Shown here: piece after piece, positions 25,979 to 35,907 of the stretch
How positions within the stretch are numbered: position 1 is the first letter of the stretch
How the letters are laid out: every line of letters starts with the position of its first letter
IMG/VR virus record: IMGVR_UViG_3300050034_000334
DNA: 64,000 nucleotides
Reading direction: 5' to 3' (one strand)
Source: a virus
Position numbers and translations under genes: made by a program
The notes under the pieces: model-generated
Told to the model about the DNA's origin: nothing
The model's database searches: none
What the model saw: only the letters and a program-made list of their open reading frames with translations

Positions 25979-26479
25979 ATGAAATTTGCGTCGAAACTTC
26001 TTCTTGCTACTTTCCCCACGAGGATTGACATTCCCGAAGAGCAGCGTGTGGCACTTGTAGCTCTGATGAATGCGACTTTGAAGAGCACCATTTGCGCCTC
26101 TTTGGCAGTCAAGTTTGCTCACTGGAATGTGAAGGGAGGAGGTTTTCATCCCACCCATAAACTCTTTGACGACATCTATGAGCATTTGCTTGATGCCGGC
26201 GACACAATCGCAGAGCGCATCACTGCCTTGGGTGGAGTGGCAGAGGGCCTTTACCAGATGTTGGGAGAGCAGCCTGTGTATCAGGCCATCCAGCCTGGAC
26301 AAGACGTGACCTCTCACATCCAAGCCGTGGCTGACACTCTTGGAAATGTGATCAATCAGTATCGGAAAGCCTCTGAGCTATCCGGAAACATGGATCTGAA
26401 CACCCAGGATGTGTACATTTCCCTGGGTCGTGACATCGAAAAAGATTTGTATTTCATCGAAGCGACAGAGAATGGTTAG
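25979..26479 (+). CDS. dps: Dps DNA-protecting ferritin-like protein with SKLLLA leader
   Basis: KFAHWNVKG..F..THKLFD, DTIAERITALGG and D.NT.D...IEKDLYFIEA ferroxidase motifs. Confidence 0.9.
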   Translation: MKFASKLLLATFPTRIDIPEEQRVALVALMNATLKSTICASLAVKFAHWNVKGGGFHPTHKLFDDIYEHLLDAGDTIAERITALGGVAEGLYQMLGEQPVYQAIQPGQDVTSHIQAVADTLGNVINQYRKASELSGNMDLNTQDVYISLGRDIEKDLYFIEATENG

Positions 26480-26511
26480 CCGATCCTGGCTCTCTGATGG
26501 TAGAGAGTATC

Positions 26512-26790
26512 ATGGCTCAGTGCATTATTTGCGGTGCTAAACGGTCAATCGGTCGCGGTATCTGTATGAATCAGTGCTTCTGGATCCTCCCCGGATGGGT
26601 GGGATTCAATGTCAGCACAAGCGAATACAAGATCGTCGATCACCGGGCCACAGGTCTGTCCAGCCTCTACAGCTTCAATCGCAAGACCGGAAAGGTCACT
26701 CCTCCCACGTTTCCGAAACTGGTGGAGTGCGCTCAGGCTTTGGGCTGGCCAGGCAGTACCTCTTCGCCAAGCCAGCCAACTTTCTGCTAG
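26512..26790 (+). CDS. hypothetical Zn-ribbon protein
   Basis: CIICG...ICMNQC; start inferred from GGTAGA motif spacing. Confidence 0.65.
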   Translation: MAQCIICGAKRSIGRGICMNQCFWILPGWVGFNVSTSEYKIVDHRATGLSSLYSFNRKTGKVTPPTFPKLVECAQALGWPGSTSSPSQPTFC

Positions 26791-26906
26791 TAGTCGTTGT
26801 CGTCATCCCACCACATCACATCCGACGAATTCTTGCTGGAGTACCTGACCAGCCAGATAAATCCAACTAGCAGTGCTCCTGCAACGATCAAGCCTACAAC
26901 CTTCAT
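26787..26906 (-). CDS. 39-aa membrane peptide (not in ORF track)
   Basis: MKVVGLIVAGALLVGFIWLVRYSSKNSSDVMWWDDDNDY; TAATG coupling. Confidence 0.6.
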   Translation of the reverse strand: MKVVGLIVAGALLVGFIWLVRYSSKNSSDVMWWDDDNDY

Positions 26907-27580
26907 TACATTCCCTTCTGTGAATTGTACCGTCTCAAGTTGATCTTATTTTGAGTTTTCTTCAGACAACCGCAACTCCGAGTGTGACCACTACGCAGAT
27001 TGCTCCCATAAGCAGGAAATAATTTTCCACAACGACAGCGACATAGCCATCTTGCGTCACCTTCGGAATTATTCTCCAATCGTTCTAGTACATTAATACC
27101 ACCAAAATCCACTCCTGACAAGTCTTTGAATGGTGCTCCTGGCCAAATTCCTATATTTTCTTGAGTTTGTTTCCTGACGCGAATACTTTCTAGAGTCGCC
27201 TCAGTAGAAGGCTTGTATCCCTTCTCTCGGAAATTTCTACTCATGAACTGTTTCCACTCAGGAGTATGTGGTCCTGTAAATCCTTCCCCACCTTTGCAGA
27301 TGTTGTATCCAATCTCATGATCACGAGTTGAGAAGATCTCAATCAGCGTCTGTTCCCAGACACAAAGAGCCTCGTTGCTAGTGCAATCATTGATAAGCGG
27401 AAAGATTTGAAAGTGTTCCTGACCATGCTTGCGAATAGCAGCATACAGGTGAGAGCGCAGCGAAAGATAGTTCTTTGCGTCGTAGAATTTCTGCTTCAAA
27501 TATCGAGAAAGACAAGACCCGGTAGTCTTTCCAATATAGCATTTTCCATCAACATCATTGACTATCAGGTAAACAAACAT
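26906..27580 (-). CDS. GIY-YIG homing endonuclease with C-terminal Cys-rich DNA-binding domain
   Basis: MFVYLI.N..DGKCYIGKT, GYNICKGGEG, then RWLCRCRCG...SGHTRSCGC; AGGAGG RBS. Confidence 0.85.
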   Translation of the reverse strand: MFVYLIVNDVDGKCYIGKTTGSCLSRYLKQKFYDAKNYLSLRSHLYAAIRKHGQEHFQIFPLINDCTSNEALCVWEQTLIEIFSTRDHEIGYNICKGGEGFTGPHTPEWKQFMSRNFREKGYKPSTEATLESIRVRKQTQENIGIWPGAPFKDLSGVDFGGINVLERLENNSEGDARWLCRCRCGKLFPAYGSNLRSGHTRSCGCLKKTQNKINLRRYNSQKGM

Positions 27581-27624
27581 TTCTGACCTCCTAGTCTGAT
27601 TCAGGAAGTCAGAAACGTAAGTTG

Positions 27625-30192
27625 CTACATTCCCTCTCCGGATCCTTCGAGGTTGGCATCGTCTTCCTCTTCGACTTCGTCGAGGCCCATACCCTTTGCC
27701 AGTCTCTTCCACAGATCGGTCTTCTTGATGATGACGTCTGTGATGCTTCCGTACAATGAACCGAGTAATTCATTAAACTTGGAATCGTTGACAGTGAAGA
27801 GGTCGTCTTCTAGTTGGCGCTTGACTGTCTCGGCATCGATGTTCAGGAAGTCCAGAATAATCGATACTGGGAGAGAGCCTTTTGAGTAGATATTATACAA
27901 CATGTCGTAGAGGTCACCACTATCCCTCAAAGCCATACGAGAGAAGGTTACGTGCGGATACACCCACCTGGGTCGTCCAAATTTATCAACTTCATAGAAT
28001 CCCTTCTTCATAGCGATGGGCTTGAAGATCTGATCCTCAATCAGTCCACTGATGAGATCACGGAACTGGACATATCTGGTGTTAAGGATTTCGAGCTGGA
28101 TGCGGTTTCCAGAATACATTCCTTCACCAATGAGGATCTCAGGAGAAAGTCCAAGTCCGATTGCGAGATCGGAATTGGTGTGAGCCCATTCTCCGTCCAG
28201 AGATAGGAGCCGTCCTTCACTTCCAATTTCATTCCACTGACAGTCATAGTTCACCACAATCGTATAGTCTGGATCGGCAATCGCTTCGTCCACGTGAGCA
28301 CGAAGGGCTGCCAACTCGGAGGTTGGGCATTCAGGAGCGATGATCAGCCGCTTTGGCGTCATGTTACGCGAAGCGATCATGGTCTGCGCCTGACGCAGTT
28401 TGTCACGATAGAGAATGGTGCGCAGTACCGGCTGCAGGCTTGAACGACCGTGCAGTTCATACCCGCTCTTCTTGCGAGCGAAGTGAATGACGTACGATCC
28501 TTCGAAGGGATCCTGATTCAGGTTGATGGCGCCAGTAGCCTGCAGTCCATCCTTCACACTCTGAGGAACATTGATGTCCTCGGTGTACTGCTGCTTCTGC
28601 TGCTCTGGTGGCTTGTAGTAGATGGAGGGACCGTCGCCTTCCATCTCACCATCGTTTTTGACTTCAATCTGCTCAGGAGGAAGAGTTCGGATGCGATCAA
28701 TGCCCAAGTAGTCCGGATTGACCACGTGACTGAAGAGCTCAAGTTCTTCGCCGCGCTGCTTGCTGACTTCCTTGAGTTCCTCGAGCAGTTCCTTCTTTTT
28801 CTTGAGGAGCTTCAGGTAATGCTTGAGTTCCATCAACTCTCGCTGGCGAGCCACCGACTGACCGATAGCCATGGCAGGAGACCCACCAACTTCATCGGCT
28901 GAAACTCCACCGCCGCCTCCACCACCGCCGGAAGGAATGGGGCCACCGTCATCGCCCATGACTCCTGCGCCACCGCCGCCACCCATGGGAGCACCTTCAC
29001 CACCGGCTTCGGGGTTGCCATCCTCATCCTGACCACTGGCGCCAGGAGCATCATCGGACATCTCTTCGTTGGCTTCACCGGACTGAGCACCAGCCGCCTC
29101 AGCATCAACAGGAGGTTCAGCAGGCGGAGCAGCCATCTTGTGGATGAGCTCAAGTGTATCCGAAGATCCGTTCGCGATGATCTTTCCCTGCTTGTCGAAC
29201 TTCAGGTGATGCTTGGCCATGAAATCAGCCAGAGACTGGGCACTTGCGAGCAGTCTCTTTTGAAACTTGTAAATCTGTGCATCTACCAGCGTCAGGTTCT
29301 CTTTGGGATTGAAAGAGATGCCGGCTTTCTTGATCTTGAGGATGTCCTTCTTCATGCTTTCAGAGGACTGATGGAGGGCCGGAGTCAGCCAATCCATGCC
29401 ATGGCTTTCACCGCCAAGTTCGGCATTCTGAGATTCCTTCATGGGATCGTTGCTGGGACCGCCGCGTTTGTTCTTACTGAGAGCCTTCTGGGCTTCCTCG
29501 CAAACTTCAACTTTCTCTTCTGGTTCCTCAACAAAGAGGAATGCCTCGCCGATGGTCCAGTATTCACGGACTGCATCGATCAGGGTTTGGAACATCTTGG
29601 TATCGTTCACCATGCCCTGGTAGAAGTCGAAGACGAAATCAGCAAATTCTTCCGATGTGCACTTGGGCTTCTCCAAGGTCATCTTGGACATCGGGAGTTC
29701 TGTGTGCAGGTTGATGGCGGAGTTGACCACAGGGTCGCGGTCATAGGCGATGCGATAGTAGCGAAGCTCTTCAGGTCGGGAAGCAGGAAGCTCGAGGGCG
29801 TCTACCGGGAACTCGAAACCCATGTACCCGATGTTGCCTGAGTCTCCAATGTTCGCATATCCCAGATTGCCATCACTGAACAGGCCTGCTACTTTGCTGG
29901 CAGCACCGCCGCCTCGAGCAGCTTCACGGATATTTCGAATCCGATCCCGATAAGCAATGTCTTCTCCCAGTCGTCCTTGACCATCGACCGCACTGTAACG
30001 TCCAGCACTGCCATACTCGCGAGTGCGGGTGGTCGTGGTTCCATTTGCATCAACAGTTGTAACGACCTGCGATGCTATCTTCCGAGGAGTCACCACCTGA
30101 GAAGGATTGACTTCCACGTTGGATCTGTTCCTAGCTTTGTCCTGTGGAAGCGGAACCTTTGCCACTTTCGTGACTTTTTCATCATTGGGCAT
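27625..30192 (-). CDS. phage portal protein with large low-complexity insertion
   Basis: R.YYRIAY..DPVVNSAINLHTELP, EYWTIGEAF, VIHFARK..YE.HGRS.L, DLAIGLG..PEIL.GE pattern; near terminase. Confidence 0.8.
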   Translation of the reverse strand: MPNDEKVTKVAKVPLPQDKARNRSNVEVNPSQVVTPRKIASQVVTTVDANGTTTTRTREYGSAGRYSAVDGQGRLGEDIAYRDRIRNIREAARGGGAASKVAGLFSDGNLGYANIGDSGNIGYMGFEFPVDALELPASRPEELRYYRIAYDRDPVVNSAINLHTELPMSKMTLEKPKCTSEEFADFVFDFYQGMVNDTKMFQTLIDAVREYWTIGEAFLFVEEPEEKVEVCEEAQKALSKNKRGGPSNDPMKESQNAELGGESHGMDWLTPALHQSSESMKKDILKIKKAGISFNPKENLTLVDAQIYKFQKRLLASAQSLADFMAKHHLKFDKQGKIIANGSSDTLELIHKMAAPPAEPPVDAEAAGAQSGEANEEMSDDAPGASGQDEDGNPEAGGEGAPMGGGGGAGVMGDDGGPIPSGGGGGGGGVSADEVGGSPAMAIGQSVARQRELMELKHYLKLLKKKKELLEELKEVSKQRGEELELFSHVVNPDYLGIDRIRTLPPEQIEVKNDGEMEGDGPSIYYKPPEQQKQQYTEDINVPQSVKDGLQATGAINLNQDPFEGSYVIHFARKKSGYELHGRSSLQPVLRTILYRDKLRQAQTMIASRNMTPKRLIIAPECPTSELAALRAHVDEAIADPDYTIVVNYDCQWNEIGSEGRLLSLDGEWAHTNSDLAIGLGLSPEILIGEGMYSGNRIQLEILNTRYVQFRDLISGLIEDQIFKPIAMKKGFYEVDKFGRPRWVYPHVTFSRMALRDSGDLYDMLYNIYSKGSLPVSIILDFLNIDAETVKRQLEDDLFTVNDSKFNELLGSLYGSITDVIIKKTDLWKRLAKGMGLDEVEEEDDANLEGSGEGM

Positions 30193-30233
30193 AACAGAAC
30201 CTCATATATTGCACCGAATAGCCAGAATTTGAG

Positions 30234-30875
30234 CTATTTGGAGTCAATCTCTGCTTTAGCTGCCTGGAACAGAGATTTGATATCGACCGCATCCTCTGGT
30301 GGAGTGTTGGGTAGATCTGCAAGAGGTTCGTTTGTGATTTGATGTTTGATGGTGGTCGCCTTCTTGCGACGCTGGACTCTCTTATGTTTCTCGTGAGCCT
30401 CTTCCATGTGTCGGGCTTCTTCGATCTTCATCTTCCTGAGTCCGTCCAACTCGTCAAAGACAACTCTCATCTCTTCGGCGATTGGCTTCAACTCATCCAT
30501 CTGAACTTGAGAGTGTTCCTCAAGGAATCGTTTGAACCAGGACATGGTGATGCGAGAGGCTTCGCATGCGTTGGTCAGGATTTGTTTCTGGAGATCAGAG
30601 CGAGAAGATTTCAGATGGAGGGCGAGTCGGAGGATTTCCTGTGACTCATTGGCAACTGCATCGGCCCTGGCTGCTAGAGCCTTGCCCAGACTGTTTTCTT
30701 CTCGAGTCAGGATGATGTGATCCATCAGGCTGACCATCGCGACATGACAGGTTTGAACAGCCTGCACTGCATAGGCCATCTGCTTGTAGAGAGTGGAAGC
30801 ATCGTACTCGAGAAGAGGACTGTTGCGGATCATCTTCACGTTGTTAGTTGGTGCCTTGGATTTCTTAGCCATCAC
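30234..30875 (-). CDS. hypothetical helical protein
   Basis: 213-aa ORF coupled to the upstream gene. Confidence 0.7.
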   Translation of the reverse strand: MMAKKSKAPTNNVKMIRNSPLLEYDASTLYKQMAYAVQAVQTCHVAMVSLMDHIILTREENSLGKALAARADAVANESQEILRLALHLKSSRSDLQKQILTNACEASRITMSWFKRFLEEHSQVQMDELKPIAEEMRVVFDELDGLRKMKIEEARHMEEAHEKHKRVQRRKKATTIKHQITNEPLADLPNTPPEDAVDIKSLFQAAKAEIDSK

Positions 30876-31096
30876 TTCTCCAGAATGTTCTCAACTGGAC
30901 ATCCCATCCAGTAGTGACACCGGCCACAGTAGGGGACTCCATCAACATCATAGATGCCGTTGTCCTTCTCATCATGCAAGTAACCATTCTTGCCAGAGAC
31001 ATGAGGAGCTTTGGGACAATCTCTACCATGCACAAGCAGACCTGGATCGTGAAGAACTTTTGTCTCTTGAGCAATTCCAAATTTCAGAAAACTCAT
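30872..31096 (-). CDS. small Cys/His zinc-binding protein
   Basis: HGRDCP...YCGRCH; GAGG RBS. Confidence 0.65.
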   Translation of the reverse strand: MSFLKFGIAQETKVLHDPGLLVHGRDCPKAPHVSGKNGYLHDEKDNGIYDVDGVPYCGRCHYWMGCPVENILEK

Positions 31097-31103
31097 GTCG
31101 TCC

Positions 31104-34100
31104 TCACTCCCTTATGAATGAGTCCGGAACCCGAATCGCATTGACGTCTGTGAAGGTGACGACCTGTCCTTGGTACATCGCCTTGACCTTGTTGGTTCCG
31201 ATTCCCAGAGACTCGCGCAAAGCCTTGGCGTCAGCCGCCGTCAGGTTCCGAAGTTCGGGAATATCAGCCTTCGCCGGCAACTTGAGGTTTGGTTTGGGTT
31301 CAGGCTTCGCCTCAGGAGGCTTTACAACAACCTTCCGTACAGGGATATCCAGTAGAAGCTCGTTCTCGTCGATCTGAGTGCCTTCTGCCTCAGCGATTTG
31401 TTTGTGTAGTTTACCGATCTCGCTGCGGAGATTGTCCTCGTCATCGAGTTTGGTGTCGAGTTTCTTGTTCAATTCCTCAACGATGCTGACAACTTGCTTG
31501 CGTTCCACGATTTCCCTGGCCTGTTCTGCGATCTGCTCTCTATCTTCAAGAGTAATCGGCTTGGGAATGTCCGTGGTGAACTGAATCTCCAACTGCTCAT
31601 CCTCTCCTAGAATCGGAAGCTCGGGACGCTTGACATTGATGTCAAGAGGAATTGCACCGATATATCCGAACACCGGCATCAGGCCGCGATCAGCAGGAGT
31701 GAGACCACACCGGGCTTCGAACTGCTCGAGGGTCTCCAACTTGTCATCCTGATCCTCAGGGATTTCATCAGTCTTCCAGAATTCATGAAGCTGGAGTCCG
31801 ATGATGAGATACTTGCGCATCTCCTTGCCATCCTTGGCCGCGAAGATGTGCTTGGAGGCTTCCTCGAAAGCACGAGTGTGCAAGTTCTCCTTGAGCCAAC
31901 CCTTGACCTTCTCGCGACGTTTCTCATCACCAGACTTGAGAGCAGTGAGCAGTGCCCTGACCGTGTCAATGTCGAACTCTTCCGGAACATAGTTCTCCAT
32001 GCCAGGGATCTCCGACCAGCCGGCAGGCTTGTGGCCGTCATCGCCGGTCAAGTGGTGTTCAACATCCCAGCTGCGACCGTACTCAGTGTCACACTCCAAA
32101 GGGACGCGCCAGTTCATCGAGGCATGATACTTCCTCAACTTCATGAGGCGAGTCAGCCTCGGCAGAATGAATGGAGCGTACTCGTTCTTGAATGAGAAGT
32201 CGATCTCATCGTGGACCGAACCATGCATCAACAACACTGCTTGTACCATAGGATCCTTTTCTGCTGCCCACTTGCGGATTCGATTGAGCGTGATGCGCAT
32301 GAAGTCGCCAGCGAGACCCTGCATCGGGACATTGACAGCAACTCTCTGAATCTTCCCCATGAATTGGTTGTAGTCACCAACATTTCGAACGCCAGTTTCT
32401 GGCGTCTTCCACATTATGTCGGCGCGGTCGCGAAGTTCCCGGAAAGTCTCCTTGTCCTTGGACTTCTCAGCCAGGGTGGCCGCCTTATCCAACCGACGAT
32501 ATTCCCAATAATTGTCCATCTCGTGCTTGGTCGGATTGTGAATGCCCAGGGCTGACATCGCTGAATCAAACTTGATGATTCGTCCAGTCGCTGTCTGACA
32601 CGTCATCTTCTCCTTGGCAATGGCTTGCTTGCGGTCGCAGTACTCGCGGAAGACCGGCACTCCAGCCCAGTAGGCATCCACCATCTCCTGTGCATGCTCA
32701 AAGGTGATGTTGGGATCCTTCTTCTTCATGTTCTCGAAGATCGTGTAAGCCGTTCCGCCGTACAGCAGGGCGAAGTTGAGGATCTTGGCGAGAGCACGAT
32801 AGCTCTTCTTGGTCGCCTTGTCGATGTTCGGGTCGTTGAACTCAGGGAAGACCTTGCTGGCGGTCAGACTATGGAAGTCTCCTGATCCCTCCAAGAATTC
32901 CTTGATGAATTCCGGCTCGCCTGAGATGTTCGCTGCCACACGCATTTCGACGTTGCTGTAATCGATAGTGGCGAACGTCCAACCCGTAGGAGCCTTGAAC
33001 ATGGCGCGGAGGTTGATGACCTCATTGGCATCCATGCGCCCATTCTCGATGAGAATGCCATAGTTCTTTGCGCAGGTCTTACAACCGGGCACCAGGCAGA
33101 TCGCATATCCCAGGTACTGCCCGATGTGATTCTTGATGATGTTCGGAGCCTTGACCTTGTACTCTTCCTTCTTACTGTCAAAGATCTCCTTGACAATAGC
33201 TCGCCCATCCTTGTCGACCATGGGCTTGGTATCCCAATCGAGGACCGGCTCCTCCCCAATCTTGGTCTTGATTGTCCTCTCTTCCGTCTTCCAGCACGAC
33301 GGGTGAAGGTCTTCCGGAGCGTGCTCCTCGACGCTCTCGGGGTCTACGTTGTCTGGCTCGAGGACATTACCCTTGACCCACCAGTTGCCTTCCACGCGCT
33401 TGATACCCTGAATGTTGAGACCGAAGCCGCCGTCGACTTCGTACTTGCCACCTGTCGCTGACAGACGGCCACCGGCCACGACGCAGGATCTCAGATAGAT
33501 TCGAGCGGTGTGATCCTTGGGGTCGAAGTGAAGGTTCTCAGGGTGGAGGGCGACATATGCCTTGTACTTGCCATAGGTCTTGAGGAAGATGTTATCAGGG
33601 TAGATCTTCGCTAGATCCGAGATGGTCTCAGCATCACACGAAGGATCCTGGGTCTTCTTGGAGCGCCGCAACACACGGAGCTTCATGGTCTGGAACAACA
33701 GCTTGGCCATCTGTTTGTTGCTGTCCGGGTTGAACTGCTCTCCATCCTCTTCCTTGTACCCGGCTTCGATAGCAATTCCACGCAGCCGTGCCCGGTCAAC
33801 TTCCAGCTTGGCTTGGTGCCACTTCACTGTACGCTTATGGCGGTCCGTGTCCACGATGTACCGCTGCCGCTCAATCCACGTGAGCGAGTCTACCAGTTCG
33901 TGGTCAATGCGATGTACCAGCTTCAGCTTCCGGGCCTCATCCTTCAGCTGCCACCAAAGTAGCCAGGTGCAGATTGCGTCACTGGCAGCGTACCAGTATG
34001 CGATGTCAGTCGGAATCCAAGTGAACGGGACATACTGAATGCGAGTCGTGGTCTTTCCGGTCTCTGGATTGAAGAAATCTGCACTGACCTTGCCGATCTG

Positions 34101-35012
34101 GTCCAGTTCAATCTGGTCGATGCCCAGCTTGATGAGCGAGAGATTCTTCAAGCCGCCTGTGTCGCCGGTGTACTGTCCCTTCTTCTGGTCACCAAGGTCT
34201 GCTTTGGGGTCGTTCAGATAGTTGAAGACCTGAACGTCCTCGAAGAATGGATAGGGGCGCATGTCTATGCCCAGGGTCTGACGGATGACCTCACGATCGA
34301 ATTTCGCGTGGTAGAACACCAGGTGACAGTTATTGAACAGATGCTGGAGGATCCTGTGGCAATCTTCACGGGAGACGTTGTGGCCATCTGCGTGATTGAT
34401 GGGAACGTAGATTCCCTCAATGCCATCGGCTGAAAGGCAGATGCCGGCGATCTCCATCTTCACTTCATAGATGGGAACCCAAACCTCGTTGCCACTGGTG
34501 TCTCTGGCCTGCACCAGATCGATCATGACACGAGTGTCCAGCGTGATGGTCTCAGTGTCGCAGGCGACTACCGGGAGAACCTGACCAGAGGGCGTGGGAT
34601 GATGGAGAGAAGTGTCATGCAGAATCTTCTCCACCCATCCCTCAAGTTCCTGGGCTGAGTCGACCCGGCGAAGCACCTTGGAGGCCATCCACGGTCTCTT
34701 CAACTTCTCAATGTCGAGGGTCTTCAGCAGAGCGCGGAACACAGTCCGTAGATCCTTGGGCTTCTTCTTGGCCGCTGGCTTCTTGGATGCTGCCGGAACA
34801 GTTACCTTGACATCGTCGTCACTGATATTCTCTTTCTTGACCCGCGTCTTGCGTGGCTTCTTGAGCTCAGTTACAGCACTGACCAGCTTGTCCACAGCTT
34901 CGACGATCTCTTCTTTGAGAGCAACCTTCTGCTCCCGTTCTTCCCAGTCTTCTTCCTCTTCGTCATCCGTCCATTCAGGATGAGCTACCTCATCAATGTC
35001 ATCTTCACTCAT
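31104..35012 (-). CDS. polA: family A DNA polymerase with 3'-5' exonuclease
   Basis: Exonuclease motifs ACDTET, HAKFD, YAASDA; polymerase motifs GRLS, DYSNVEMR (A), RALAKILNFALLYG (B), VHDE (C). Confidence 0.95.
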   Translation of the reverse strand: MSEDDIDEVAHPEWTDDEEEEDWEEREQKVALKEEIVEAVDKLVSAVTELKKPRKTRVKKENISDDDVKVTVPAASKKPAAKKKPKDLRTVFRALLKTLDIEKLKRPWMASKVLRRVDSAQELEGWVEKILHDTSLHHPTPSGQVLPVVACDTETITLDTRVMIDLVQARDTSGNEVWVPIYEVKMEIAGICLSADGIEGIYVPINHADGHNVSREDCHRILQHLFNNCHLVFYHAKFDREVIRQTLGIDMRPYPFFEDVQVFNYLNDPKADLGDQKKGQYTGDTGGLKNLSLIKLGIDQIELDQIGKVSADFFNPETGKTTTRIQYVPFTWIPTDIAYWYAASDAICTWLLWWQLKDEARKLKLVHRIDHELVDSLTWIERQRYIVDTDRHKRTVKWHQAKLEVDRARLRGIAIEAGYKEEDGEQFNPDSNKQMAKLLFQTMKLRVLRRSKKTQDPSCDAETISDLAKIYPDNIFLKTYGKYKAYVALHPENLHFDPKDHTARIYLRSCVVAGGRLSATGGKYEVDGGFGLNIQGIKRVEGNWWVKGNVLEPDNVDPESVEEHAPEDLHPSCWKTEERTIKTKIGEEPVLDWDTKPMVDKDGRAIVKEIFDSKKEEYKVKAPNIIKNHIGQYLGYAICLVPGCKTCAKNYGILIENGRMDANEVINLRAMFKAPTGWTFATIDYSNVEMRVAANISGEPEFIKEFLEGSGDFHSLTASKVFPEFNDPNIDKATKKSYRALAKILNFALLYGGTAYTIFENMKKKDPNITFEHAQEMVDAYWAGVPVFREYCDRKQAIAKEKMTCQTATGRIIKFDSAMSALGIHNPTKHEMDNYWEYRRLDKAATLAEKSKDKETFRELRDRADIMWKTPETGVRNVGDYNQFMGKIQRVAVNVPMQGLAGDFMRITLNRIRKWAAEKDPMVQAVLLMHGSVHDEIDFSFKNEYAPFILPRLTRLMKLRKYHASMNWRVPLECDTEYGRSWDVEHHLTGDDGHKPAGWSEIPGMENYVPEEFDIDTVRALLTALKSGDEKRREKVKGWLKENLHTRAFEEASKHIFAAKDGKEMRKYLIIGLQLHEFWKTDEIPEDQDDKLETLEQFEARCGLTPADRGLMPVFGYIGAIPLDINVKRPELPILGEDEQLEIQFTTDIPKPITLEDREQIAEQAREIVERKQVVSIVEELNKKLDTKLDDEDNLRSEIGKLHKQIAEAEGTQIDENELLLDIPVRKVVVKPPEAKPEPKPNLKLPAKADIPELRNLTAADAKALRESLGIGTNKVKAMYQGQVVTFTDVNAIRVPDSFIRE

Positions 35013-35664
35013 AGACGAACTCCTTGGCCTTATGCCGTCTTACTCGAGCAACGATATCTGAGCCTAACACTTCCGCCAAGGCTTTCACTCGTTTTGTCTC
35101 GTCATGCTCTTGCTGGGCTTCGAAGTAAATACGCAGGTACTCTTCAGCTAACTCGTAACTCTTGTTCGCCATAACATCCTTGCGTGCGAAGACTATGTAC
35201 AAGCTCGATAAATCCTCGAACTTGAGAGGTACGATGATGTCCTCGTCTTCAGGAGGTAAGTTAGACTGTAGAGGAGGCAGGTTATAGGATCTCTCCAGCC
35301 ATTCCATCGCTTTGGGCCGGGAGATGCCACGTATCTTTGCCACAAAAGTGACAAGGGTGTAGGCAGCTGAACAGCCAAAGCAGTAACCCATGTTGCCGCG
35401 TGCTGGAGGATAGATGTAGAACGATGGTGTAGAGTCCGTTCCGTGGAAGGGGCAACTAATGGCATGCCCATGCTTTCCAGTTAGGTCTTCTACAACATCC
35501 GAGAATAGAATCTCTGTCTGTACCCGCTCGTTTCGACGTTCCCACAGTTCGGGGTCACTTACACGAACCGACCTGTCGTACAATTTCTTCAGGTTTTCTT
35601 TGCTGAATTCGAACTCTTCGAAAACTTCGGAATCAGACAGGTTGGGAGTGCTGTCTTCTGGCAT
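35005..35664 (-). CDS. stand-alone CHC2 zinc-finger (primase Zn-binding) protein
   Basis: CPFH.TDSTPSF.IY......YCFGC; no Toprim domain. Confidence 0.85.
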   Translation of the reverse strand: MPEDSTPNLSDSEVFEEFEFSKENLKKLYDRSVRVSDPELWERRNERVQTEILFSDVVEDLTGKHGHAISCPFHGTDSTPSFYIYPPARGNMGYCFGCSAAYTLVTFVAKIRGISRPKAMEWLERSYNLPPLQSNLPPEDEDIIVPLKFEDLSSLYIVFARKDVMANKSYELAEEYLRIYFEAQQEHDETKRVKALAEVLGSDIVARVRRHKAKEFVYE

Positions 35665-35724
35665 CTCAATCCTCTAGTTGACTAATACTTACCCGATTCT
35701 CAGATAAGATTGGTAGAGAAGTGT

Positions 35725-35907
35725 ATGGAATACTTCGTCTACAAGACTGGCGTGCAGGTATCGAAGGTCTACTACGCTCTTCGTTCCAATGGAGATCAGT
35801 ACTGGACTCCTTCATTCAAGAAGAAGGCCACCTTCTGCCTGACTGCGGCACGCAAGTTAGCTCGTGCTGAGAAGGCTGAATTCAGCATCGTTCCAATTCT
35901 GGGCTAG
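35725..35907 (+). CDS. hypothetical protein
   Basis: ATG 12 nt after the GTA of a GGTAGA motif. Confidence 0.6.
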   Translation: MEYFVYKTGVQVSKVYYALRSNGDQYWTPSFKKKATFCLTAARKLARAEKAEFSIVPILG

